DNA from: an uncultured Clostridia bacterium
Lineage (GTDB): Bacteria > Bacillota > Clostridia > TANB77 > CAG-465
Direction: 5' to 3'
DNA length: 64,000 bases
NCBI GenBank assembly: GCA_947631415.1
Contig: CANRLG010000001.1
Location: 30,558-94,557 of the forward strand
The notes beneath the pieces were generated by a model. It searched no databases and was not told where the DNA came from. It saw only the letters and a program-made list of their open reading frames with translations. Position 1 is the stretch's first letter, and each line of letters begins with the position of its first letter. The position numbers were made by a program, and so were the translations under genes. Of the stretch, positions 27,833 through 36,036 are shown piece after piece.

Positions 27833-28462
27833 ATGGCAAGATATACAGACGCAGTATGTAAGAAATGTAGAAGAGAAGGTTCTAAACTTTTCTTAAAAGG
27901 CGAAAGATGTAATTCAACAAAATGCGCTATAGACAGAAGATCATACGCACCAGGACAACATGGAAAAAATAGAGTAAAATTATCTGAATATGGTCTTCAA
28001 TTAAGAGCTAAACAAAAAGCAAAAACATATTATAGAGTTTCTGAATCTCAATTCAGAAAATACTACGAAGAAGCGTTCAGAAGAGACGCAGTTACTTCAG
28101 ATGCATTATTTGAACAATTAGAATTAAGACTAGATAACATAGCTTACAGAATGGGAGTTGGAACTTCAAGAGCTGAAGCTAGACAACTTGTAGGATATGA
28201 AATGCTAGAAGTAAATGGTAAAAAAGTTAACATACCATCATACATTGTTAAAGTTGGTGATGTTATAAAAGTTAGAGATTCTAAGAAAGATAATAAAGCA
28301 GTTGTTACTTCTTTAGAAACTAACAAATTAAAAGCTGTTCCATCTTGGTTAGAAATAAGCAAAGATAGAATGGAAGCTAAAGTATTAAGAAAACCAGTTA
28401 GAGAAGATGTAGACTTAGATGTTCAAGAGAACCTAATAGTTGAGTTATACTCTAAGAACTAG
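27833..28462 (+). CDS. rpsD: 30S ribosomal protein S4
   Basis: MARYTDAVCKKCRREG ... YGLQLRAKQK, and an S4 RNA-binding domain. Confidence 0.95.
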   Translation: MARYTDAVCKKCRREGSKLFLKGERCNSTKCAIDRRSYAPGQHGKNRVKLSEYGLQLRAKQKAKTYYRVSESQFRKYYEEAFRRDAVTSDALFEQLELRLDNIAYRMGVGTSRAEARQLVGYEMLEVNGKKVNIPSYIVKVGDVIKVRDSKKDNKAVVTSLETNKLKAVPSWLEISKDRMEAKVLRKPVREDVDLDVQENLIVELYSKN

Positions 28463-28583
28463 TTAATGTTTAACTTAGTCCTATGTGGGACAAAGTTATT
28501 AACTGCATTAAAATGTTTACTAAGAAAATCATTTAAAGTTAATTAGTGTGTGTAATCAGAGCACACTAGAAGGAGGAATTAGA

Positions 28584-29537
28584 ATGATTGAAATGCAAAG
28601 ACCAGAAATAAAATGTGTTGAAGTTGATGCAGACACATTTTATGCAAGATTTGAAGTAGAACCTTTAGAAAGAGGTTTTGGAATTACTTTAGGTAATTCA
28701 CTAAGAAGAATATTACTTTCTTCTTTACCAGGATATGCTATTGATACAATAACTATTGATGGTGTATCACATGAATTCTCAACAATACCAGGTGTTACTG
28801 AGAATGTTACAGATTTAATCTTAAACTTAAAACAAGTTTGTTTAAAATCTGATGATAGAGAAAAGAAAAAATTATCTATAAAAGCTAAAGGACCTTGTGA
28901 AGTTCTAGCTGGAGATATTATTACAGATTCAACATTAAGTGTTGTAAATAAAGATTTACATATAGCATACTTAGATGATGGTGCTGAACTTAATATTGAA
29001 ATGACTGCTATAAAAGGTAGAGGATACAGAGAAGGAAATAGAGCAAATTATGAAGGTGAAGAAATAGGAATAACTACTTTACCAATAGACTCAATATTTA
29101 CTCCTGTTAAGAAAGTAAATTTTCAAATTGAAAAAACAAGAGTTGGTCAAAATGCAGATTATGATAAATTAACTATGGATATCTGGACTAATGGAGTTAT
29201 TGAACCATATCAAGCATTAAGTATGGCTGCAAAAATATTAAATGAACACCTTGAAATGTTCATAGACTTATCTGAAATTGCTAAGACAATGTCTATTATG
29301 TCACAAAAAGAATTATCTTTAAAAGATAAATTACTTGAGACACCAGTAGAAGATTTAGAATTCTCAGTAAGATCATATAACTGCTTAAAGAGAGCAGGTA
29401 TTCATACTGTTGCAGATATAGTAAATAAAACAGAACAAGATATGATGAAAGTTAGAAATCTAGGTAAAAAATCACTTGAAGAAGTGGTTAAGAAAATCGC
29501 AGATTTAGGACTTGAATTTAAAAGTAAAGAAGACTAA
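28584..29537 (+). CDS. rpoA: DNA-directed RNA polymerase alpha subunit
   Basis: GNSLRRILLSSLPG, and C-terminal domain LEFSVRSYNCLKRAGI. GAAGGAGG SD before ATG 28584. Confidence 0.95.
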   Translation: MIEMQRPEIKCVEVDADTFYARFEVEPLERGFGITLGNSLRRILLSSLPGYAIDTITIDGVSHEFSTIPGVTENVTDLILNLKQVCLKSDDREKKKLSIKAKGPCEVLAGDIITDSTLSVVNKDLHIAYLDDGAELNIEMTAIKGRGYREGNRANYEGEEIGITTLPIDSIFTPVKKVNFQIEKTRVGQNADYDKLTMDIWTNGVIEPYQALSMAAKILNEHLEMFIDLSEIAKTMSIMSQKELSLKDKLLETPVEDLEFSVRSYNCLKRAGIHTVADIVNKTEQDMMKVRNLGKKSLEEVVKKIADLGLEFKSKED

Positions 29538-29556
29538 TTAAAGGAGGAAATTTACA

Positions 29557-30078
29557 ATGCCAGGAACAAGAAAACTTTCAAGAACAACTTCTCATAGAAA
29601 TGCAATGCTTAATAATTTAGTTACTTCTTTAATTCTTAATGGTAGAGTTGAAACTACTCTTGCAAAAGCGAAGGAAGTTAAACCTCTAGCAGATAGCTTA
29701 ATTGATTTAGCTATAAAAGAAAAAGATAACTTTGAAACTAAAGAAAAAACAGTTTCAAGAGCTAAATTAGATAAGAACGGAAAGAAAGTTAAAGAAACAA
29801 AAACATCTAAAAACGGAAACAAATATGAAGTTGTAGTAAGAGAAGTAGTAAAAGAAGAAGTTAAAGTTGATAGTGCTTCTAAATTAGCAGCAAGAAGAAA
29901 AATGTTTAATACATTAAACAAAATTAAAGATGAAAAAGGAAATACTATTGATTTGACAGAAAAATTATTCAACGAAATTGCTCCAAAATATGAAGCAAAA
30001 GGTGGATATACTAGAATTACTAAATTAGTTGCAAGACGTGGCGATGCTGCTGAAATGGCAATTATTGAATTAATATAG
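29557..30078 (+). CDS. rplQ: 50S ribosomal protein L17 with a Lys/Glu-rich internal insertion of about 50 aa
   Basis: The N-terminal (RKLSRTTSHRNAMLNNL) and C-terminal (GGYTRITKLVARRGDAAEMAIIEL) L17 blocks are intact. At 173 aa it is longer than the roughly 113-128 aa usual size. Confidence 0.85.
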   Translation: MPGTRKLSRTTSHRNAMLNNLVTSLILNGRVETTLAKAKEVKPLADSLIDLAIKEKDNFETKEKTVSRAKLDKNGKKVKETKTSKNGNKYEVVVREVVKEEVKVDSASKLAARRKMFNTLNKIKDEKGNTIDLTEKLFNEIAPKYEAKGGYTRITKLVARRGDAAEMAIIELI

Positions 30079-30086
30079 TTTTAAAG

Positions 30087-30117
30087 AGTGCTCGATTAAA
30101 TCGAGTGCTTTTTTTTG
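30087..30117 (+). terminator. intrinsic terminator of the alpha operon
   Basis: AGTGCTCGAT-taa-ATCGAGTGCT (two G-U pairs) followed by T8. Confidence 0.7.
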
Positions 30118-30129
30118 ACAAAAATTAAA

Positions 30130-30158
30130 GTTGACATAATCCAAATAAAATGATATAA
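30130..30158 (+). promoter_or_regulatory. sigma-A consensus promoter
   Basis: TTGACA, 17-nt spacer, TGaTATAAT. Confidence 0.6.
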
Positions 30159-30164
30159 TATTAT

Positions 30165-30371
30165 TGCTTCTAAATATAGTTAAAGACAAAGATTATATGT
30201 CTTATAGAAGTACATAATTAATTTGTGGTACTATGTAAAGGAGGAAAATTTAATAAAAAAATAATTTAGTACATAGGATAGTATAATATACTATTCTAAG
30301 TAAAAATCACATATTTTGTGAAAACACAAAAGAGAATTAGAATACGTTTTGAAGAAAATGTATCGTTTTTT
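30165..30371 (+). ncRNA. putative structured RNA of about 200 nt or 5' leader (promoter to terminator, no ORF)
   Basis: Five elements. CTTCTA...TAGAAG hairpin with inner AGACA/TGTCT. Exposed AAAGGAGG with no start codon. ATAGTATA-a-TATACTAT palindrome. TTTTGTG-aaaa-CACAAAA hairpin. Terminal ATACGTTTT-gaag-AAAATGTAT followed by CGTTTTTT. Confidence 0.3.
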
Positions 30372-30404
30372 AAGAATAATTATTAGTAAAGGAGAGAAAA
30401 AATT

Positions 30405-30866
30405 ATGGGAAGATATCATGTATTGATAAACAACTTACCTCTTTCAATTATTAGTGATGTATATTATTCTAAAGGAAATAGATATAGTATTGGAAAGTAC
30501 AAATTTAATTCGAAGGATGACAGATATTTAAACTTCGTAGTAAACGGAACAAAATGCGCAAAATGTGGTTTAGAAGGAAAATATGCAAAATTAGAATGCA
30601 GTAATAGAGGTTGCCACTTAAATGTGTATGGAATAAACGATGAAGGCAAAGAGGTAATGTTAACAAAAGACCATATATATCCAAAGTCTAAAGGTGGATT
30701 AGATAATATAATCAACTATCAAGTGCTTTGTGAGAAATGTAATAATGATAAATCAGATAATAGTCCTATGACATTAGTACAGGCTTTAAATGAAGGAAAA
30801 GCAACTAGTAGGTCAGTAAGAAATGCTGTAAAACGTGGCTGTCCTAAAGCTTTAGTAGGAGTATAG
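30405..30866 (+). CDS. stand-alone HNH endonuclease (153 aa)
   Basis: CAKCG ... DHIYPKSKGG ... NYQVLCEKCNNDK is an HNH/zinc-finger motif. AAAGGAGAG SD. Confidence 0.75.
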   Translation: MGRYHVLINNLPLSIISDVYYSKGNRYSIGKYKFNSKDDRYLNFVVNGTKCAKCGLEGKYAKLECSNRGCHLNVYGINDEGKEVMLTKDHIYPKSKGGLDNIINYQVLCEKCNNDKSDNSPMTLVQALNEGKATSRSVRNAVKRGCPKALVGV

Positions 30867-30869
30867 AAG

Positions 30870-30898
30870 ATATGGGTAAATATACCCATATTTTTTTT
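30870..30898 (+). terminator. intrinsic terminator
   Basis: ATATGGGTA-aata-TACCCATAT followed by T8. Confidence 0.75.
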
Positions 30899-30926
30899 GA
30901 AAAAACACAGGAAATTATCCTGTGTT
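30899..30926 (-). terminator. intrinsic terminator of tmcAL
   Basis: ACACAGGA-aatta-TCCTGTGT, followed by T6 on the minus strand. Confidence 0.7.
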
Positions 30927-30933
30927 TGTTAAA

Positions 30934-32082
30934 TTATAACATATTTGTATAATCTCTATTTTGCTTATCATTAGAAAATATACTATGAATATTTGTAGCT
31001 TTAATATCTAATTGTAATGCCTCTCTATTTACATCTTCTAAATTCTTTAATATCTTATCGTTTATAGAAGTAATAATTGAAATTGAAGAATTTGAATTTA
31101 AAAGTGATAATACTTCCTTTTTTCTATCTTTGTTTACAGCAAGAATATGTGCATAATGTGCATTACTTAGTTTATCAAATTGCTTTTTGGTTATATCTAA
31201 TATAGTATTTAAAAATATTCTTTTTATCTTACTTAATTGATAACGTTTACTTTTAATTTCTTGTATAAATTCATTATAGTTATTACCACAATCTACTTTT
31301 TTTACTAGTACATTCTCTAATCCTTCTGTTACCTCATTAATATTTTCTATATACTCAATATCTTTACTTACTATACTATACTTAATTACATCTAGCATAT
31401 TATTATTTGAAATAGTATCTTTTAAATTATATAAGCAATACTTATTAGCTTCTTGTATATTATTGCTATCAATTAGCTCACGAATTTTAGTAGCACTAAT
31501 TGTATCACTATTTTCTACACGTTTAATAGCTATAGGTATGATAGAGCTTTTAAGGAGTATTAGTGTTCTAATGTATTCTATTGCTAAAATATTGTTAGAT
31601 TTTGATGCAGTTAAAACTTGTGAAGCAGATAGATAATTGCTAAGAGCTCTCTCATGTGCTTTTGCAAAAGAAATACCATCTTTAAAATACTCTGTTGTTT
31701 TTTGCCAGATTTGCTCATCATTTTCTACTAGAATATTTGCTATTGTTATGAGTTCAGAAGTATCTGCTGTTTCACTTCCAAAGGCTAAATAATTTACACA
31801 ACCAAGTGCATTTAGAATTTCTATTGCACCACGTGCAAAATATTGTGCACTTGCAGTAGCATATATAGTAGGTAACTCAATTACCACGTCAAAACCATTT
31901 TCTATGGCAACTTTAGCACGATAAAATTTATCTTTAATAGCAATATTTCCTGCTTGTGTAAAGTTACCAGACATTATACAGATTGCAACATCTGCATTAG
32001 TTCTTTTTTTCGCTTCTTCTATTAGATATTTATGACCAGTATGCATTGGGTTAAATTCTGCAACTATTCCAACAACATTCAT
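30934..32082 (-). CDS. tmcAL: tRNA(Met) cytidine acetate ligase (YlbM/UPF0348 nucleotidyltransferase)
   Basis: VGIVAEFNPMHTGHKYLI ... IMSGNFTQAGNIAIKDKFYRAKVAIENGFDVVIELP. I prefer ATG 32082 over GTG 32091. Confidence 0.75.
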   Translation of the reverse strand: MNVVGIVAEFNPMHTGHKYLIEEAKKRTNADVAICIMSGNFTQAGNIAIKDKFYRAKVAIENGFDVVIELPTIYATASAQYFARGAIEILNALGCVNYLAFGSETADTSELITIANILVENDEQIWQKTTEYFKDGISFAKAHERALSNYLSASQVLTASKSNNILAIEYIRTLILLKSSIIPIAIKRVENSDTISATKIRELIDSNNIQEANKYCLYNLKDTISNNNMLDVIKYSIVSKDIEYIENINEVTEGLENVLVKKVDCGNNYNEFIQEIKSKRYQLSKIKRIFLNTILDITKKQFDKLSNAHYAHILAVNKDRKKEVLSLLNSNSSISIITSINDKILKNLEDVNREALQLDIKATNIHSIFSNDKQNRDYTNML

Positions 32083-32169
32083 TAATTTCACTTCTTTCTT
32101 GATATTTCAAAACAACTATGCTAATATATTACCATAAATGTAGTGTAATTTCAAATGATAGGAGGCATT

Positions 32170-32607
32170 ATGAAAGAAGTAATATTATATACAGATGGAG
32201 CTTGTAGCGGAAATCCAGGACCTGGTGGATATGGTGCAATACTAATATACAATGGAGTAGAAAAAGAAATATCTGGAGGAGAGGCAAATACAACAAATAA
32301 CAAGATGGAAATGCTTGCGGTAATAAAAGGACTTGAAATGCTTAAAGAACCATGTATTGTAAATGTTTATAGCGATAGTGCTTATGTTGTAAATAGCATA
32401 GAAAAAGGCTGGATTTATTCATGGAAGAAAAATGGATGGAGAAAAGCAGATAAAAAAGAGGTCAAAAATATTGATTTATGGGAGAGATTACTTAAGCAAA
32501 TGGAAATTCATCAAGTTAAATTTTTAAAAGTAAAAGGACATTCAACAGATGAATTAAATAACAGGTGTGATAGACTTGCTGTTAAAGAAAGAGAAAAATT
32601 TTCATAA
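32170..32607 (+). CDS. rnhA: ribonuclease HI
   Basis: YTDGACSGNPGPGGYG, TNNKMEMLA, YSDSAYV, KGHS...NNRCDRLA (DEDD residues). TAGGAGG SD before ATG 32170. Confidence 0.85.
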   Translation: MKEVILYTDGACSGNPGPGGYGAILIYNGVEKEISGGEANTTNNKMEMLAVIKGLEMLKEPCIVNVYSDSAYVVNSIEKGWIYSWKKNGWRKADKKEVKNIDLWERLLKQMEIHQVKFLKVKGHSTDELNNRCDRLAVKEREKFS

Positions 32608-32614
32608 AATAAAG

Positions 32615-32649
32615 CCATATAACATAGAGTGTTATATGGTGATTTTTTT
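32615..32649 (+). terminator. intrinsic terminator
   Basis: CCATATAACA-tagag-TGTTATATGG followed by TGATTTTTTT. Confidence 0.75.
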
Positions 32650-33228
32650 ATGAAAAAATATATAATGAAGAATTTTAGTATGATAATAAAATTAGGGATT
32701 GTTTGTGCTATAGGAATTGTAATTGGTATAATTATATATAACTTTGCAGACTATTCATATATTGAGATTATTAAAAATATCTTTGACCAAAGTAAAAGTG
32801 AAGATTTTAACGGTGTTAATATATTGGTAAATGGACTAAAAAATAATGTTGTATATGTTAGTGTGTGTTATTTATCTTTAATATGTATTTTTACACCAAC
32901 TATATTATTATTTTTACTAATTTTAAAATGTACAAGTATAGGAATATATATGTGTAGTATATTGTCATTATTTGGTTTTTCAAAAGGAATACTATGTGTT
33001 TTACTTGGAGTAATACTACCAGACATATTTTGCTTACTTGGATATATTTTAATTTGTACAAACATTTTAAACATTTACAATAATATAAAAGAGGGGATGA
33101 AGTTTGAATTTTTTAAGAGTATAAATTCTATGTATATATTAATAATTTCTCTTTCGCTAATTTCGTTTGCTATAGTGATAGAACAGCTTACAAGTACTGT
33201 AATGCTTAATCTATATAACAAGATATAG
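32650..33228 (+). CDS. spoIIM: stage II sporulation protein M-like polytopic membrane protein
   Basis: About 190 aa with five hydrophobic segments. SpoIIM-like size and layout. Next to xerD, as in B. subtilis. The track's upstream start lies inside the rnhA terminator. Confidence 0.5.
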   Translation: MKKYIMKNFSMIIKLGIVCAIGIVIGIIIYNFADYSYIEIIKNIFDQSKSEDFNGVNILVNGLKNNVVYVSVCYLSLICIFTPTILLFLLILKCTSIGIYMCSILSLFGFSKGILCVLLGVILPDIFCLLGYILICTNILNIYNNIKEGMKFEFFKSINSMYILIISLSLISFAIVIEQLTSTVMLNLYNKI

Positions 33229-33336
33229 AATGATAATGTACTAAACATAGAAACATTACATAATTTTTGTAAAAATACTTGCAAAATACATAAAAATATA
33301 GTAAAATAGGAACAGATTACGAATGGAGGACTGAAA

Positions 33337-34215
33337 ATGAGAATTATAATTGATGAATTTATTGAAAGCTTAAAGGTTAGACAAGCATCACAAAATACAC
33401 TTTCATCATACGAGAGGGATATAGTACAATTTAGCAATTATTTTGAAGAACAAGGTAAAAAAGTTTTTGATTTAACAACTGATGACATGCAAGAATATAT
33501 AGATCATATTATTGCACAAGGAAAATCTAATTCTACAATTTCTAGATGTACAGCATCTATTAAAGCTTTTTATAGGTTTCTAGTAAGTAAAAAACTTGCT
33601 GAAACAAATATAGCTGAAAATGTAGAAGCACCAAAAGTAGATAGAAAAGAACCTTTAATATTAACAAAAGAAGAAATAGAAAAGTTACTTGAGCAACCAG
33701 ATTTATCTGAGCTTAAAGGACAAAGAGATAAAACAATGCTTGAAGTTTTATATGCAACTGGTATTCGTGTAACTGAACTTATTTCTTTAAGAGTGGATGA
33801 TGTTAATTTAACTAATGGATACATTAAAGTTAAAAAGAAAAATACAGAAAGACATATTCCACTAGGAAACTTATCTTTAAAATGTCTTAAAGAATATATA
33901 AATAAAGTAAGACCATTGTTAATAAGAACTGAAGAAGAAAAAACTTTATTCATAAATACTAATGGACAAAAAATGACAAGACAAGGTTACTGGAAAATAT
34001 TAAAACAATATAAAGAACAAGCAAAAATAGATAAGGATATTACTCCACATACAATTAGACACTCATTTGCTGTTCACATGCTAGAAGATGGAGCAGAAAT
34101 TAAAACTGTTCAAGAATTACTAGGACATACAGATGTAGCATCTACTATGATGTATACACAAATGGCTAACCTAAATCATGATACAGAAGGTTCAGACCAA
34201 GACGTAAATTTATAA
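33337..34215 (+). CDS. xerD: tyrosine site-specific recombinase XerD/XerC family
   Basis: ATGIRVTEL (Arg), HTIRHSFAVHML (HxxR), LLGHTDVASTMMYTQ (His, Tyr). Confidence 0.7.
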   Translation: MRIIIDEFIESLKVRQASQNTLSSYERDIVQFSNYFEEQGKKVFDLTTDDMQEYIDHIIAQGKSNSTISRCTASIKAFYRFLVSKKLAETNIAENVEAPKVDRKEPLILTKEEIEKLLEQPDLSELKGQRDKTMLEVLYATGIRVTELISLRVDDVNLTNGYIKVKKKNTERHIPLGNLSLKCLKEYINKVRPLLIRTEEEKTLFINTNGQKMTRQGYWKILKQYKEQAKIDKDITPHTIRHSFAVHMLEDGAEIKTVQELLGHTDVASTMMYTQMANLNHDTEGSDQDVNL

Positions 34216-34224
34216 TAAAAAAAT

Positions 34225-34259
34225 AAATCCTATTTTTAAAAATAGGATTTTATTTTTTT
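34225..34259 (+). terminator. intrinsic terminator
   Basis: AAATCCTATTTTT/AAAAATAGGATTT palindrome followed by TATTTTTTT. Confidence 0.7.
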
Positions 34260-34317
34260 GCATGTTGAACTAAAAAAGTATATATGATATAATGGCAATA
34301 TATTATTGGAGGCTATT

Positions 34318-35091
34318 ATGGCAATAAAGAAAAAAAATTTAGGATTTGTATTAATAATAATTTTTATGATTATTATTGGATTAGTTGGAATAGGTGCTTT
34401 TATTATTAACAGTATGTCTAATAATAAACAATTAGAAAAACCAGGTGAAGAAATTGGTTATGATATCATAATCGGAGACCCAGATATGCCTGTAACAACA
34501 GCTAGTGATGAGGGAAGAAATTTAGTAGATGAAATAAAAGCTATTAATGTAACTTATGAAGATGCTGTATGTTGGTTAAAAGTTCCAGGAACTACAATAG
34601 ACTATCCAATTTTTCAAGGTTTAAATAATACAAGATATTATAGAGATGACAGAGATGGAGTAACTCAAAATTGGGGCGAAACATTTTTAGATTATAGATG
34701 TGATATAAAAAAATTAGCAGACCCAAAAACTAATATTATTATTTATGGACATAACACAGAAACAGATAATAGATTTACTCCTCTTTTAAACTATAAAAGA
34801 GAGGAATTCTTTACAAAACATAAATATATAGAACTAGCTACTTTAGATAAAACTTATACTTATGAAATATTCTCTGCATACACAACAGATACTAAGTTCT
34901 ATTACATAGATACTGTATTTAACTCAGATAAAGAGTATGATAACTTTATTTCAGATTGCGCTAAAAAGAGTAGATATGGAACTAATGTAGAAGTTTCTGC
35001 AGAAGATAAAATATTGACACTATCTACTTGTGATTATTCACTTAAAAACGGTAGATTTGTAGTACAAGCAAGACTTGTTGAAAATCCTTAG
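34318..35091 (+). CDS. srtB: class B sortase
   Basis: N-terminal TM. CWLKVPGTTIDYPIFQG, IIIYGHNT, FSAYTTDTKFYYIDTVF, ILTLSTCDY and RFVVQARL parallel S. aureus SrtB as I remember it. Confidence 0.8.
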   Translation: MAIKKKNLGFVLIIIFMIIIGLVGIGAFIINSMSNNKQLEKPGEEIGYDIIIGDPDMPVTTASDEGRNLVDEIKAINVTYEDAVCWLKVPGTTIDYPIFQGLNNTRYYRDDRDGVTQNWGETFLDYRCDIKKLADPKTNIIIYGHNTETDNRFTPLLNYKREEFFTKHKYIELATLDKTYTYEIFSAYTTDTKFYYIDTVFNSDKEYDNFISDCAKKSRYGTNVEVSAEDKILTLSTCDYSLKNGRFVVQARLVENP

Positions 35092-35116
35092 ATATAAAAA
35101 TCTAGGGATTTTTTTG
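35085..35116 (+). terminator. intrinsic terminator
   Basis: TCCTTAGAT-ataaaa-ATCTAGGGA followed by T7. Confidence 0.7.
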
Positions 35117-35181
35117 AGTTCAAGCAAAAAATAACAAATTACGCAAATTAAGTTTAGTATAATATCTGTGAGGTGATTATT

Positions 35182-35487
35182 TTGAAGTATAAATATTTAA
35201 ACGGCAAATTAGCAATATATCTTGAAGAAGAATTAGATGTTAGCTCTTGCAAAACATTAAGAGGAATAATAGATGGATATATAATGAAATTTCAACCATA
35301 CGAACTTGTGCTAGATTTAACGGATGTAAAATTTATGGATAGTAGTGGTATAGGGCTAATTCTTGGTAGATATAATTTAATTAAATTACTAGACTCAAAG
35401 ATGAAAGTAATAAACGCAAGTCCAAGTATTCAAAGAGTGTTAGAACTATCTCAAATACAGTTGGAGTGTGTTCAGTATGGAAGATAA
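35182..35487 (+). CDS. spoIIAA: anti-sigma-F factor antagonist (STAS domain)
   Basis: FMDSSGIGLILGRYNLIK closely matches B. subtilis SpoIIAA FMDSSGLGVILGRYKQIK. GAGGTG SD favours TTG 35182. Confidence 0.75.
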   Translation: MKYKYLNGKLAIYLEEELDVSSCKTLRGIIDGYIMKFQPYELVLDLTDVKFMDSSGIGLILGRYNLIKLLDSKMKVINASPSIQRVLELSQIQLECVQYGR

Positions 35488-35911
35488 TTATATGAAAATA
35501 GAGATATTATCTAAAGATATAAATGTACTTCCTGTAAGAATTGCAATAACTAGTTTTCTGTCTCAAGAAAATGTACATATAGATGAGGTTATGGACATTA
35601 AAACAGCACTCTCAGAAGCAGTAACTAATGCTGTTGAACACGCATATAATGATGAAAAAGGAAAGATAGATGTTGAGATACATTTAGATAATAACGATAA
35701 TATTTGTATAAAAGTACAAGACTTTGGAAAAGGCATAGAAGATGTTTCACTTGCATTAATTCCAACTTATACTTCAAAACCAGAATCAGAACACGCAGGA
35801 GTAGGGTTTAATATAATGGAATCTTTAGTAGATGAGTTAGTAGTAGATTCAAAACTAAATAATGGTACAATAATAACTATGATAAAAAAAATAAATAAAA
35901 AGAAAAATTGA
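35477..35911 (+). CDS. spoIIAB: anti-sigma-F factor (serine kinase)
   Basis: SEAVTNAVEHAY (N-box), QDFGKGI (G1), TSKPESEHAGVGFNIMESLVD (compare SpoIIAB [21 protein letters not shown]). Overlaps spoIIAA. Confidence 0.8.
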   Translation: MEDNYMKIEILSKDINVLPVRIAITSFLSQENVHIDEVMDIKTALSEAVTNAVEHAYNDEKGKIDVEIHLDNNDNICIKVQDFGKGIEDVSLALIPTYTSKPESEHAGVGFNIMESLVDELVVDSKLNNGTIITMIKKINKKKN

Positions 35912-35942
35912 AGATAAGAGCTTTTGTTCTTGTCTTTTTTTG
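35911..35942 (+). terminator. intrinsic terminator directly after spoIIAB
   Basis: AAGATAAGA ... TCTTGTCTT (one G-U pair) followed by T7. Confidence 0.65.
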
Positions 35943-36036
35943 CATAAGAAAAATTAAAATACAATATTACATAATATGTTGAAAAAAAGCGTACTTTTTG
36001 GTAAAATATAACTTGTACGTAAGGAGAAAAAAAGAA

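Noticed and set aside
7972-30158. Four promoters sharing the 10-mer TTGACATAAT (7972, 13913, 15613, 30130) as a repeated mobile promoter cassette
   Set aside because: Similarity does not extend beyond the -35 hexamer plus an A/T-rich spacer with TG at -15. It is compatible with strong-promoter consensus in a very AT-rich genome.
30165-30371. Type III toxin-antitoxin (ToxIN-like) reading of the RNA + terminator + HNH unit
   Set aside because: The architecture is similar: promoter, non-coding RNA, terminator, protein gene. Type III antitoxins, however, are tandem direct repeats. I find only one loose 8-nt repeat (AGTACATA x2) and no tandem array.
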